A program made the translations under genes and the position numbers. A stretch of DNA of 37,383 nt from Promethearchaeota archaeon. Its GTDB lineage: Archaea; Asgardarchaeota; Thorarchaeia; Thorarchaeales; Thorarchaeaceae. A model generated the notes under the pieces. It saw nothing but the letters and a program-made list of their open reading frames with translations, was not told the DNA's origin and did no database searches. The stretch covers positions 1 to 37,383 of the forward strand of contig WJMJ01000007.1 of assembly GCA_014728035.1 (NCBI GenBank), written 5' to 3'. This document shows, piece after piece, positions 17,776 to 27,877 of the stretch (position 1 is the stretch's first letter; every line of letters starts with the position of its first letter).

Positions 17776-18933
17776 ATGGGTGAAGATGAACGTAATACAG
17801 AAGAGTTGCGAGATGAAGATAATCCAGAAAGTAGTTTTAGATATTCTGTAAAGCATATTACCCAAAGTTCATGGATCATTTACCTGCTAATCACTGTAGT
17901 CATGAGTATTGGATATTTATTCATCATAATTGACAGTTTTGACCAACTTATATTACCTGAAGAAAGTGCGTTCTCATTCTTGATAGAGGAACAGCTGTTG
18001 GGGCTTATTATCCCCAATTTAATAATCATTCTGATCACCCCGTTAGTATGGCAAAAAACCGCTTCAATTATTATGCAGAATCAAGTAGTAAGAAGTTTTG
18101 AATCTGCAAAGAAAAAGAGTATTGCTACGAGACCGATGTCCTTACTGGGACGCGTCTTTGGAATGAAGACATTTGGATCAGAGCATAATTACTATCTTGA
18201 AGGAAAAGTTGAAGAACGCGATTTGAACGATATCACAAATCTATTTCGAAACAGAATGCTTTCAGCAATTTCTAGTAATATTGGATTTACATTTTACATT
18301 GCATTCCTTATCAATTACTTCCTTCCTTCAGACCTGACAGGCAAAGATGCATTATTCCTGTCAATCATGGTTATGCAACTTGTACCGCTTCTGATATCTT
18401 GGATTGTTCCGGTAAATTGGGCACTAAAAGATACTCTGATCAGAACCGTTGGCGAAAATAACACCATATACGACATGGGTGAAGAGATGAATAACGGTAT
18501 CCTTGACAAGTTCATTGGCATTGGAGGTTTGATTGTTGGAGTTAATGTGGCATTTGACTTAGCATATGATGCAACTTTGCTTGAAACAACCAACATACTT
18601 GTTGCTGCAGTCTATTTCGTATTCTACTTCCTACTACTTAGCTCAGGAACAATCGTGATTATATCAGCAATTTATCTGAACGGATATCATGAAAGTCTTG
18701 TAAATTCCGTTCGGGTGAAATTATCAGAAGTAATTCGTGTAGCCTCTACTAACATAAATAATGTAGAAATTACTGATGCAGTAAGAACTGCTGTTACACC
18801 CCCGAGTACAGGTGCTGGAAAGACAGTTGGTAAGACCCTCATAGTTCTGTTAGCTCTGATTGGACTTGCCTTATGCATGTATTATGTACTTGTGGTGATA
18901 GGACCATTCGGATATCTTTTCTTTTGGATCTAA
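17776..18933 (+). CDS. Hypothetical polytopic membrane protein
   Basis: 385-aa ORF, about 7 hydrophobic segments, GGTGA SD. Confidence 0.75.
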   Translation: MGEDERNTEELRDEDNPESSFRYSVKHITQSSWIIYLLITVVMSIGYLFIIIDSFDQLILPEESAFSFLIEEQLLGLIIPNLIIILITPLVWQKTASIIMQNQVVRSFESAKKKSIATRPMSLLGRVFGMKTFGSEHNYYLEGKVEERDLNDITNLFRNRMLSAISSNIGFTFYIAFLINYFLPSDLTGKDALFLSIMVMQLVPLLISWIVPVNWALKDTLIRTVGENNTIYDMGEEMNNGILDKFIGIGGLIVGVNVAFDLAYDATLLETTNILVAAVYFVFYFLLLSSGTIVIISAIYLNGYHESLVNSVRVKLSEVIRVASTNINNVEITDAVRTAVTPPSTGAGKTVGKTLIVLLALIGLALCMYYVLVVIGPFGYLFFWI

Positions 18934-18942
18934 ATGAAATAG

Positions 18943-18972
18943 GCTATCCACCAAGGATAGCTCTATTATTTT
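18943..18972 (+). terminator. Hairpin plus T-rich terminator
   Basis: GCTATCC-ACCAA-GGATAGC then TCTATTATTTT. Confidence 0.6.
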
Positions 18973-19173
18973 CTAATTGCCATATCTGGTGAGATAAGTC
19001 CTTTTTTCATTTGTACTAAAGTATCTCAATAAGTCAAAGAATGAAAAAATTCGCATTTTCCTTAACAAGGTAGATGAATGAAAAAGAAAATCCAAATCTC
19101 AATTTGGATGAAGATAAATTTCTTTTCTATCATTAATCGAATACTATATTTCAACAAAGATAAAATGTAACCC

Positions 19174-19476
19174 ATGAGTTTTCGGAATCCTACTAAGTCT
19201 AGTATCGATATAATCAAGCTGATTTATGTCCCACACTGTGCTAGAGGACCAAAACGATGCGAGTTATGCAAAAAAGCTTTGAATGATAAAAAAATCTGCC
19301 ACTTACGATTGTATACCCACGCTGGTAATGTGACGCGACCAGTAATGGAATACGTGATTCATGGGAAACAAGGTTATTTTGAGTATGATGTCATCAAGAT
19401 TTTCCCTTCCATTGAAGAAGCCAAAAAATACGCTGAAAAGAACGGGATTGCAGAATGGGACTTGGAATCACATTGA
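19174..19476 (+). CDS. Small hypothetical protein, possible Zn-binding
   Basis: HCARGPKRCELC...ICH Cys/His cluster. Confidence 0.65.
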   Translation: MSFRNPTKSSIDIIKLIYVPHCARGPKRCELCKKALNDKKICHLRLYTHAGNVTRPVMEYVIHGKQGYFEYDVIKIFPSIEEAKKYAEKNGIAEWDLESH

Positions 19477-19482
19477 GTATCA

Positions 19483-19698
19483 TCAAGAAGGAACATCTAG
19501 AATGTCATAGGGATATCTTTTCCAAAGATAATTTTGTAAAGCCAGAATTATGATACTAATGATGAGAGCCGAACCTAACATTAGTAACGAGATAAAAATA
19601 TCGTTTGCTAACCAATGAATAATCCACGCAAGAATCCAGATTATCAACATAAGGGGTCTCAAAATACGGTTAAGTTTGGCGACATCCATTTTTCTCAA
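19483..19698 (-). CDS. Small two-TM membrane protein
   Basis: Two hydrophobic helices with basic flanks. Confidence 0.55.
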   Translation of the reverse strand: MRKMDVAKLNRILRPLMLIIWILAWIIHWLANDIFISLLMLGSALIISIIILALQNYLWKRYPYDILDVPS

Positions 19699-19751
19699 TT
19701 TGCTTCTTTGTGATTGGATAAAAAACCGTTTCTATAGAACATAGAAATTTC

Positions 19752-20822
19752 TTAAACCTTCATCACAATCTTACCGAATTGTTTCCCAGCTTCTAATCGC
19801 TTATGTGCTTGTATACCCTCGGAAAGAGAAAATACTTCATCCACGACTGGCCTTAACTTTCCTTCCCATACTAGCTTCAACACGTTTCTAACCTCAGAAC
19901 GGGAAGCCATGGTAGACCCTTTTATTTGCAGTTGATTCCAAAAGATCCTATTAATATTGGTTTCAGCTAAAGGACCACTTGTCGCACCGCATGTTACCAA
20001 TTGTCCCCCTTTTCTGAGAGACATAAGACTTCTATCCCAAGTTGCCCTACCAACAGAATCGATAACAACATCTACCCCACGTTTATGCGTAAGATGATAT
20101 ACCTCCCTATGATAGTCGGGATGAGTTTCAGAATTAACTGCAACATCAGCTCCCAAATTATACGCTTGTTTCAATTTCTGATCAGATGAACTTGTAACGA
20201 TCACTTTTGCCCCGGATAGTTTTGCAATCTGCAAAGCTGCTAATGCAACACCTCCACCGATTCCAATAATCAGCACAGTATCTGATGGTTTCACACCAGC
20301 CTGAGTTCTAACCATTCTCCAAGCAGTCATAAAAGTAAGAGGTACAGCAGCTGCTTGGACGAAATCCACATCCGCTTCATCAGGGATAGAAATCACATTG
20401 TGTTCTGATACACTGAATAATTCTGCGTTTCCACCTCTAACATGTTCTCCTATTATCCCAAATTTCTTGCAGAGTGACCTCTCTCCCATGATACAGAATT
20501 CACATCTGCCACAAGATAATCCAGGGTCGATAACGACTCTTTGGCGTTCTTTGAAATCGCTTTCAACTTTTGAACCAATTTCAATAATCTCTCCAGATAT
20601 ATCGCTACCCAAAATGTGAGGCATTTCAAGTTTAAGTCCGGAAATACCTTCTCGGACGAATATGTCAAGATGATTGAGTGCTGTAGCTTTTACTTTCACA
20701 AGGATGTCATGAGAATTTATCACTGGGTCTGCAATCTCTCCAAATCTTAAAACCTCAGCATTGCCAAATTCTGGAACTAATAGAGCTTTCATTAATAGGT
20801 CTCCATGATATTTTGGCAGCAA
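19752..20822 (-). CDS. MDR superfamily zinc-binding dehydrogenase / quinone oxidoreductase-like
   Basis: ALNHLD, PHILGSDISG, structural Zn CGRCEFC...C, GIGGGVA, QFGKIV; start probably MKALL. Confidence 0.9.
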   Translation of the reverse strand: MLPKYHGDLLMKALLVPEFGNAEVLRFGEIADPVINSHDILVKVKATALNHLDIFVREGISGLKLEMPHILGSDISGEIIEIGSKVESDFKERQRVVIDPGLSCGRCEFCIMGERSLCKKFGIIGEHVRGGNAELFSVSEHNVISIPDEADVDFVQAAAVPLTFMTAWRMVRTQAGVKPSDTVLIIGIGGGVALAALQIAKLSGAKVIVTSSSDQKLKQAYNLGADVAVNSETHPDYHREVYHLTHKRGVDVVIDSVGRATWDRSLMSLRKGGQLVTCGATSGPLAETNINRIFWNQLQIKGSTMASRSEVRNVLKLVWEGKLRPVVDEVFSLSEGIQAHKRLEAGKQFGKIVMKV

Positions 20823-20953
20823 CAGAAATGACTGTTTCGATATTGCCTGTCTTGGATACTAGACACATTACCTAACGAATAGAAGCATTTCTAGACACAT
20901 TCTACTTGAGGTCAACAAGATTCGAAAATGAAATTACTACCGCATTTCCGAAT

Positions 20954-21406
20954 TCATGATTGCATCATAGGTCTTTGTTCAGCAATTATTCTAGCTTCGA
21001 TACAGAGAATTGCCCCTAACCATCCAATCGACTGTGCGAATTGTTGGATTAAATCCATTATGAGATTTCCTGATACTATAAGCTGTATCATACTTGCAAT
21101 GAGACTTAAAACACCTAATATCACAGCTGCAAAAATAACCTTCCTTCCGAATTCAACCCTTCTTGTAGTGAGTAGAAATCCTCCAAATATCACCACGACA
21201 CCCCCAATAATAGTCAAAGCTCCAAGTATTCCAATAATCTGCTGAATGGAATATGCTGCCTCAATTCCAAAAAGGTCTATCAGATTTTGGAGAAATGGAC
21301 CCATTACACCAATTGCACCACTCGTTCCAGAAGCGATTAGCATAATTCCACCAACACAACATAATATGAATGGGGTTCTATTGTGAATTGTCAAGGTATC
21401 TTGCAC
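20954..21406 (-). CDS. Four-TM Gly-rich membrane protein
   Basis: Four hydrophobic, Gly-rich helices. Confidence 0.65.
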   Translation of the reverse strand: MQDTLTIHNRTPFILCCVGGIMLIASGTSGAIGVMGPFLQNLIDLFGIEAAYSIQQIIGILGALTIIGGVVVIFGGFLLTTRRVEFGRKVIFAAVILGVLSLIASMIQLIVSGNLIMDLIQQFAQSIGWLGAILCIEARIIAEQRPMMQS

Positions 21407-21479
21407 CTACTTTTTTCTAGTATTAAACATACCTCGCTTAGTTACTGGTTTATCGGTCAAAACAACTAATCCAATCATA

Positions 21480-22445
21480 CTAACCTTTCCGCTCCTTTTC
21501 GTAAGGCTGAGCAATTCCTTTTGGTGGTACAGATTTTCGAATCCCAGCAATTGCTACAATTACAAGCACATATGGAATAATCGCAATTAATTCGACATAT
21601 CCTTGAATCCATGCAAACGCAGGATAACTTTGAGCTAGGAATTGAAAAGTTGCTGTTAACCCATCTAAGAATCCAAAGAATAAGCCAGCCAGAAAACAAC
21701 CGATTGGTGTCCAGTTTCCAAAAATCATTGCTGCCAGTGCTATGAATCCTCTTCCACTAGTCATACCTTCACGAAAGAGTGTTGTGAATCCAACACTTAG
21801 ATACGCACCACCTAGACCTGCTAGACACCCACTAATAATAACTCCAATATATCGTACATGTTCAACATTGACACCTGCAGTATCGAGTGTTGACGGATCT
21901 TCCCCAGCAGCTCGTAGTCGAAGCCCAAAAGGAGTCTTATACATCACATACCAGGAAACAATGGAAATGATAATCATCATGTAAATAATTGGTGAGAGTT
22001 CCGAAAATGCACTTAGTATTGGAACATCTGAGAGAATAGGTATGCGTACTTTTGGAAGTCCTATGACAAATGGAGATTGTCCACTTACTCCCCAGATAGC
22101 TTTAATCATGAACGTTGTAAATCCGAGTCCAAAAAGAATAATCCCTGTTCCACTAACTATATGATCCCCTTTGTATTTGACGCAGATGACAGCATGAACA
22201 GCAGCAAGTAATCCTCCACCAATTACTCCAGCTAAAACACCAAGCCACGGATTATCAGTGAAATATGTTATCCACACAGATGTCATTGCACCCATCAACA
22301 TCATTCCTTCAAGACCTATATTCACGACTCCTGATTTCTCGGAGAACATTCCACCCAACGCAGTTAACACAAGTGGTGTAGCTGCTTGCAAAGTAGTTCT
22401 CAATAATACAGTGATTAGAAAAATCTCAAAGACTCCTGTCTGCAT
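21480..22445 (-). CDS. Nucleoside/simple-sugar ABC transporter permease (NupC-like)
   Basis: SEKSGVVNIGLEG, GLRLRAAGEDP, GRGFIALAAMIFGNWTP. Confidence 0.92.
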   Translation of the reverse strand: MQTGVFEIFLITVLLRTTLQAATPLVLTALGGMFSEKSGVVNIGLEGMMLMGAMTSVWITYFTDNPWLGVLAGVIGGGLLAAVHAVICVKYKGDHIVSGTGIILFGLGFTTFMIKAIWGVSGQSPFVIGLPKVRIPILSDVPILSAFSELSPIIYMMIIISIVSWYVMYKTPFGLRLRAAGEDPSTLDTAGVNVEHVRYIGVIISGCLAGLGGAYLSVGFTTLFREGMTSGRGFIALAAMIFGNWTPIGCFLAGLFFGFLDGLTATFQFLAQSYPAFAWIQGYVELIAIIPYVLVIVAIAGIRKSVPPKGIAQPYEKERKG

Positions 22446-23947
22446 TATACCATCTCCTCTGTTTGTGTCATCCGTTCGTCTCGTCGAGAAAGAATCAATT
22501 CAATTAGCACAAGTAAGGTCATGATTGCACTAATTCCACCAATCAAAACTCCACCCAAAGCAAGATCAGCTACTGCTGTTATTAACCAGCCAATAAGTAG
22601 AACTACTAGAATTTGTCCGGTATTCTCTTTGAAAGAGAGGAAACTGCTAAACGCCATTAATGAAGCAATAGCCACTATAGCTAATGAAATTAGAACTATG
22701 AATCCACCGGAGAGAAGGGTAATCAGACCTATGGAGATGAAAATACCTACAAGACTAAGTAGGAAACCCAAAAATTGTGCTATTGGAAAGTTCTCCTCCG
22801 ACCTCATCCAGCTTGTGAAGTCAATAGTTCGAGTCTCTAACCATTCCATCACCCTTGGTGCTGCTACAAATAATACAATGAGTCCTTGTATGACATTGAT
22901 TATTTCAGGCGGGATTCCAGCTAAGTTCATTGCATCGCCTCCAACATCAAGAGCAGCAAAAAATATAGCTCCAGCAAAAACACCCCATGGATTATTCCCT
23001 CCTAATACTGCTACAGTTATGCCATCCCAACCATAACCTGGAGACCAACTGGGAATAAATCTGCCAGTATTTCCCATGATGTCAGATGCTCCTGCAAGCC
23101 CTGCGAGCACTCCACTTATAACTAAAGCAATTGTGATATTCTTTTTGGGATTTATCCCAGCATATTCAGCTGCTTTTTCATTCTGGCCTACAGCTCGCAT
23201 CTCATATCCTAAGACTGTTCGATTTATCAGAAAATCAGATGCAACTACCCCAATTAGTGCAATAAGGATTCCAAGGTGCATATAATATCCACCGATAATT
23301 GGAAGAAGTGCTGATGGTAAGAGTGGTGGACTTTGAGAAACCAGTTCTGAACTGGTTCTGTCTACCCAAGGCCCATAATCGCCAACTGTCCATGATGTTA
23401 CTGCAATCGCAATGTAGCTAAGCATCATCGTGGTAACTACTTCATGTGCGCCCCTATACGCCTTAAGCAACCCTGGAAGCAATCCGTAGAGACCTCCACA
23501 GATAGCTGCAATAATCAGGCAAAAGAGTGGGTGAATCACAATGGGTAGGGAGAAAGAGAAACCAATAACAGCAGCAGCAAGAGCACCTACATACATTTGT
23601 CCCTCAGCACCAATATTGAAAAGTCCGCATCTGAAAGCGATTGCTACAGAAAGACCCCCCAACATCAATGGAGTTGCAATCATAAAGATTCTATCTGGTT
23701 GACGAAGTGCACCAATGAGTAATGAGATAAATGCGACTGTGGGGTCATATCCTGCCAGAGCAAGAATAACAGCAGACACCAGAAGTGCGAGAACAATTGA
23801 CATTGTCGTCCAAAGAACTTGTTTGTGAAATTTAGGATCACTAAACTTCCGAACTATCGCTTCAGGTGCTCCAGTTACATATTCCATAAGAGGATTTTCA
23901 CTCCTCTCTTCTTTTTCCCGTCCATTAGTAGGAGTCATTTCTGACAT
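22445..23947 (-). CDS. Nucleoside/simple-sugar ABC transporter permease (NupB-like) with C-terminal TM extension
   Basis: GLFNIGAEGQ, HEVVTTMML, GYEMRAVGQN..AAEYAGI, GYGWDGITVA. Confidence 0.92.
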   Translation of the reverse strand: MSEMTPTNGREKEERSENPLMEYVTGAPEAIVRKFSDPKFHKQVLWTTMSIVLALLVSAVILALAGYDPTVAFISLLIGALRQPDRIFMIATPLMLGGLSVAIAFRCGLFNIGAEGQMYVGALAAAVIGFSFSLPIVIHPLFCLIIAAICGGLYGLLPGLLKAYRGAHEVVTTMMLSYIAIAVTSWTVGDYGPWVDRTSSELVSQSPPLLPSALLPIIGGYYMHLGILIALIGVVASDFLINRTVLGYEMRAVGQNEKAAEYAGINPKKNITIALVISGVLAGLAGASDIMGNTGRFIPSWSPGYGWDGITVAVLGGNNPWGVFAGAIFFAALDVGGDAMNLAGIPPEIINVIQGLIVLFVAAPRVMEWLETRTIDFTSWMRSEENFPIAQFLGFLLSLVGIFISIGLITLLSGGFIVLISLAIVAIASLMAFSSFLSFKENTGQILVVLLIGWLITAVADLALGGVLIGGISAIMTLLVLIELILSRRDERMTQTEEMV

Positions 23948-25701
23948 TAGGAAACCTCCTCTAAGTGTCCAGCCATTAGTAGTCCCAATTCTTCTTGGGT
24001 AGTTTCATCTGATTTCTTAGTAGCAACCAATTTCCCATTAAAAATCACTGCTATTCTATCGGATAATGCTTGAATTTCATCAAGTTCAGCTGATACCAGT
24101 AAAACAGCAGCCCCCTCATCTCGCATCTTGATCAGCTGTTTGTGGATGAATTCGGTAGCTCCAACATCTAATCCCCTAGTTGGCTGAGCAGCAATAACTA
24201 ATTTTGGAAACTCGCCTAATTCGCGTGCAACCACTACTTTTTGCTGATTTCCGCCACTTAGAGTATTTGCCAATGATTTAGAATCCTGTACTTTGATGGA
24301 ATATTCAGAAATGAGCTCTTGTGAATGCGAAGCAATAATTGGAAGATTCAACAGAGACATTCTTGGTCCATTAGCTAACGGTTGATAATAGTGTTTTCCG
24401 AGAGCTAGATTTTCTTCAATCGTGAAATCAAGCACAAGACCGCGTTCATGTCTGTCTTCAGGAATATGACTTATCCCAGCTTCTCGACACTTACGTGGCG
24501 AAAAATCTGAGATGTTTTTCCCTGCTAACATGATTTTCCCACTAGTTGGTTTTCTTAAACCAACAATGGCTTCAACAAGTTCACTTTGTCCATTTCCCTC
24601 AACACCAGCAATTCCAAAAATTTCTCTCTCACGAACATCTAACGATATGCCTTTGACTGCAGGGATATCCCTCCGGTCCGTAACATGTAAGTCTTCGATT
24701 GATAATACAATATTCCCTGGAATTCTTTCTTCTTTCTGAACTCTGAATACAACCGGTCTTCCTACCATCATTTTGGCTAGTTCTTCACGTGAAGTTTCAT
24801 CCTTATTCACAGTGCCAATCAGTTCACCATCTCTGAGGACGGATATTCTATCGCATAAAGCCATGGGCTCTCGTAGTTTGTGAGTTATTAGAATAATTGT
24901 CTTTCCAGCATCTCTAAATCGCTCCAGAGTAAGAAATAGTTCGTCAACTTCCTGGGGAGTTAAAACAGAAGTCGGTTCATCAAGAATAAGAATGTCTGCG
25001 TCACGATAAAGAGTCTTGATTATTTCTACTCGTTGTTGTAGTCCAACAGAGATGTCTTGAACTTTAGCCCTAGGATCTATCTCAAGTCTGTTTTCTTCCG
25101 CAATTCTTGCAATCTTCTTTATTGCATCTTCATACCCAACTGGTCTGATTATTTTAAATAGATTCAGAAAACTTAGAAGAAATTTCACGTACTTACTTCT
25201 TTGAGATGCATCTTCTAAGTTGTAATCAAGACGATTCAAAATTAAAAATATTAAAACCACAAACCCGATGAAGATACTACTGAATAACAGAGGATTTGGT
25301 GAAAACCAAACTAATAACATTAGGATAAATGAAGTGAGAATACCTCCTGTGAAAATACCACTCGGTGTCAGTTTGGATGACTGAGGTTCAGAACCAAGAA
25401 CAATGTTTTCTGCAACCGTCAAAGGTGGAATGAGTTTGAAGTGTTGGTGTACCATACCAATTCCTTTGTTTATTGCGTCTTGAGGAGAATCGAATTCTAG
25501 GTATTCACCATTAGCCTTGATTCTTCCTTCTGATGGTTGAAGAAGCCCGTACAAGATATTCATAAGAGTGCTTTTTCCAGCACCATTTTCTCCCAATAAA
25601 CCATGAACTTCACCTCTTTTGATGCGCAAGGTGATGTCTTTGTTTGCTTCAACATCGCCAGGAAATGTTTTAGAAATGCCTTCTAATTCCACTACGTACA
25701 T
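23947..25701 (-). CDS. Nucleoside/simple-sugar ABC transporter ATPase (NupA-like, two NBDs) with hydrophobic insertion
   Basis: GENGAGKS, MVHQHF, ILDEPT, LSGGNQQK, AQPTRGLD; likely start ATG 25701 (MYVVEL) with GGTG SD. Confidence 0.92.
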   Translation of the reverse strand: MYVVELEGISKTFPGDVEANKDITLRIKRGEVHGLLGENGAGKSTLMNILYGLLQPSEGRIKANGEYLEFDSPQDAINKGIGMVHQHFKLIPPLTVAENIVLGSEPQSSKLTPSGIFTGGILTSFILMLLVWFSPNPLLFSSIFIGFVVLIFLILNRLDYNLEDASQRSKYVKFLLSFLNLFKIIRPVGYEDAIKKIARIAEENRLEIDPRAKVQDISVGLQQRVEIIKTLYRDADILILDEPTSVLTPQEVDELFLTLERFRDAGKTIILITHKLREPMALCDRISVLRDGELIGTVNKDETSREELAKMMVGRPVVFRVQKEERIPGNIVLSIEDLHVTDRRDIPAVKGISLDVREREIFGIAGVEGNGQSELVEAIVGLRKPTSGKIMLAGKNISDFSPRKCREAGISHIPEDRHERGLVLDFTIEENLALGKHYYQPLANGPRMSLLNLPIIASHSQELISEYSIKVQDSKSLANTLSGGNQQKVVVARELGEFPKLVIAAQPTRGLDVGATEFIHKQLIKMRDEGAAVLLVSAELDEIQALSDRIAVIFNGKLVATKKSDETTQEELGLLMAGHLEEVS

Positions 25702-25795
25702 AGTTAACACCAAGAAGGGGTCTTTTTGCTGAAAAGTATGACCACTGGTTGTTTTCATGGGAAAAGAATAGTGATATTTAAAGCTGATTAATTTC

Positions 25796-25832
25796 AAAAA
25801 AAGAAAAGAAAGAGAGTTTTTAGACTCTCTTC
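25796..25832 (-). terminator. Hairpin plus long T-tract between BMP and ATPase genes
   Basis: Minus strand AGAGAGT-CTAAAA-ACTCTCT then TTCTTTTCTTTTTTT. Confidence 0.7.
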
Positions 25833-25843
25833 AATATACGATA

Positions 25844-26938
25844 TTACTCTTCAATCCAATACAGATCGCTGAATGGATCCATGTTGATGGTGCCATTCTT
25901 AATTGCTTCTTTCAAATCATCAACGGTATCAAGAATATTTTGTGGAATATCTAGTAGTGTGGAGTTAACTTCATAGTCAATTCCACCATTAGCTATATCG
26001 AATTCCATCACTCCACCCTCGAAGGTTTCGTCAACAATTGCTTCAATTGCCTCATATACAGCAACATCTACTTTCTTTAGCATCGAAGTAATGGTATGAG
26101 AGGGTCCTTCAGGATCTTCAGGATCCTCACAGCCAAGGTACATCTGAGGACTATCTACACCTATGTTCCAGATTGGATAGGATATTGTGTCATTCTTCTC
26201 TTTGACGCTAGTGAAGACACCTAAACCAGATGCTCCAGCTGCACCAAAAATAATGTCACAACCAAAATCATAAAGATCGTCAGCTGCTGTCTTGCCAGTT
26301 TCTGGGTCACCAAAGTCGAAAGTGTAAGAAATATTCAAACTTACACCTGGATTAGTGTAATTAGCTCCCCACATAAAACCACCAGCAAACTTGTGGATAA
26401 GTGGAATTGGAAATCCACCGATGAATCCGAGCTTATCCTGAGTGGTCATCATTCCGGCCATTGCACCTACGAGAGCTGATCCTTCATGTTCCTTGAATTT
26501 TAGTCCAAGACAATTTGGATACTCTACTGTTTCGGTAGTTGTTGCATTGTCAAGTGCTTCATCAATAATGGCAAACTTCTGGTCTGGGAATTCTTCAGCA
26601 ACCTCCATAAGTGGTGCAAGCTGGTCATATCCAATACATATGATTAGGTCAAATGGCTGGATATATCCCGGATGTAAGGCGAACTGCCGTATGAAATTCC
26701 CGTACTGCGATACTTCCTGAGGTTCCACATATGTGAATGTGATGCCAAAGTCATCTACAGCATCTTGCACACCCTTGTAGCATCCGTCATTGAAGCTTTT
26801 ATCTCCTAGACCGCCTGTAGCAAAAACAATTGCTACATCGTAAGGATTGTCAACAGGTTGGAATAATATGTAAAGTCCAACTGCTGAAACACCAATGACA
26901 GCTATCAAGGCTATCGCGATAATTGGTTTTTTGTCCAT
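25844..26938 (-). CDS. BMP family ABC substrate-binding protein (nucleoside-type), N-terminal TM anchor
   Basis: GGLGDKSFND, FKEHEGSALVG, AAGASGLGVF, IGVDS, TSMLKKVD; likely start MDKKPII. Confidence 0.9.
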   Translation of the reverse strand: MDKKPIIAIALIAVIGVSAVGLYILFQPVDNPYDVAIVFATGGLGDKSFNDGCYKGVQDAVDDFGITFTYVEPQEVSQYGNFIRQFALHPGYIQPFDLIICIGYDQLAPLMEVAEEFPDQKFAIIDEALDNATTTETVEYPNCLGLKFKEHEGSALVGAMAGMMTTQDKLGFIGGFPIPLIHKFAGGFMWGANYTNPGVSLNISYTFDFGDPETGKTAADDLYDFGCDIIFGAAGASGLGVFTSVKEKNDTISYPIWNIGVDSPQMYLGCEDPEDPEGPSHTITSMLKKVDVAVYEAIEAIVDETFEGGVMEFDIANGGIDYEVNSTLLDIPQNILDTVDDLKEAIKNGTINMDPFSDLYWIEE

Positions 26939-27060
26939 TTTTCTCTCTACTCCATGGTAGTAGTCGAATGCCATCTTGTAAACGGATTACATTGACAATT
27001 TCGACTTGTACCATATCATATATACCACCCTAAAAATCCGTTGTTTTCATTTTGTAGAAG

Positions 27061-27079
27061 TATGATTCGACAAATAACG
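27061..27079 (+). repeat. Dispersed intergenic 19-mer, copy 1
   Basis: TATGATTCGACAAATAACG, 18/19 identical to 30901-30919. Confidence 0.6.
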
Positions 27080-27136
27080 GTGCATATGTTGCATTTACCC
27101 GAAACACTCAAACCTGCTATGATATTAGTTTGTTTC

Positions 27137-27877
27137 ATGAAGGTTCACTACGAAGAACGAGGAATGGAAAATTCTCAGGTCATTATTTTTGTTCATGGAG
27201 CAGGTGGTTCTTCTGCTACATGGTATTATCAATTGAAAGGATTACAAGATTCATTTCATGTTGTAGCCATTGACCTAAACGGTCATGGGAGAACAGTAGA
27301 TAGAGCAGAAGAGGATACTGTAGAATCTTACCTAAAAGACATTGATACAGTAGTCGACAATTTTGAGAGGCCGATACTAGCTGGACATTCGATGGGTGGA
27401 GCTCTCACACAGTTCTATGCACAACGATTTGCTACCAAATTATCCGGAATAATCCTCGTTGGAACTGGCGCAAAACTTAGATGTAACCCAATGATTTTTG
27501 ATTTACTTCGTAATAATTTTGATGGATATATTGAAGCAGTAGGAGAGTTCATGTTTCATGAAAACACTCCACTAGAACTAATCGAAGCATCTAAACGAGA
27601 AGTAAGAAAGTGTTCTCCTGATGTAATCTCTCGTGATTTCGGTATGTGTGACGCATTCGACATTATGGATGATGTGTGCTCTATTAAATTGCCAACTTTG
27701 ATAATTGTTGGTGATTCCGATGTGATGACTCCAGTAAAATATTCTCAATTCTTGGCTGATAAGATTCCAAATACTACAATGAAAATAATTGAAGAAGCTG
27801 GTCATAGTGTTATGTTGGAACAATGGGAGCAATTCAATGACACAATCATCGAATGGATCCACTCAACTTCAGGATGA
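27137..27877 (+). CDS. Alpha/beta fold hydrolase
   Basis: FVHGAGG, DLNGHG, GHSMGG nucleophile, GDSD, AGH; likely start MKVHYEERG. Confidence 0.92.
   Translation: MKVHYEERGMENSQVIIFVHGAGGSSATWYYQLKGLQDSFHVVAIDLNGHGRTVDRAEEDTVESYLKDIDTVVDNFERPILAGHSMGGALTQFYAQRFATKLSGIILVGTGAKLRCNPMIFDLLRNNFDGYIEAVGEFMFHENTPLELIEASKREVRKCSPDVISRDFGMCDAFDIMDDVCSIKLPTLIIVGDSDVMTPVKYSQFLADKIPNTTMKIIEEAGHSVMLEQWEQFNDTIIEWIHSTSG

Noticed and set aside
22521-23036. 171-aa plus-strand ORF and other antisense ORFs (e.g. 6671-7126, 11139-11549, 20928-21245)
   Set aside because: Shadow frames opposite well-supported genes; their composition is what the antisense of hydrophobic coding sequence produces
25702-25797. N-terminal extension of the ABC ATPase in the ORF track (similarly 27041-27136 and 30322-30378)
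   Set aside because: Family homology begins at downstream ATGs, so the extensions are probably non-coding
26939-27136. Possible purine/nucleoside riboswitch upstream of the BMP operon
   Set aside because: No recognisable aptamer consensus or convincing multi-stem structure by eye
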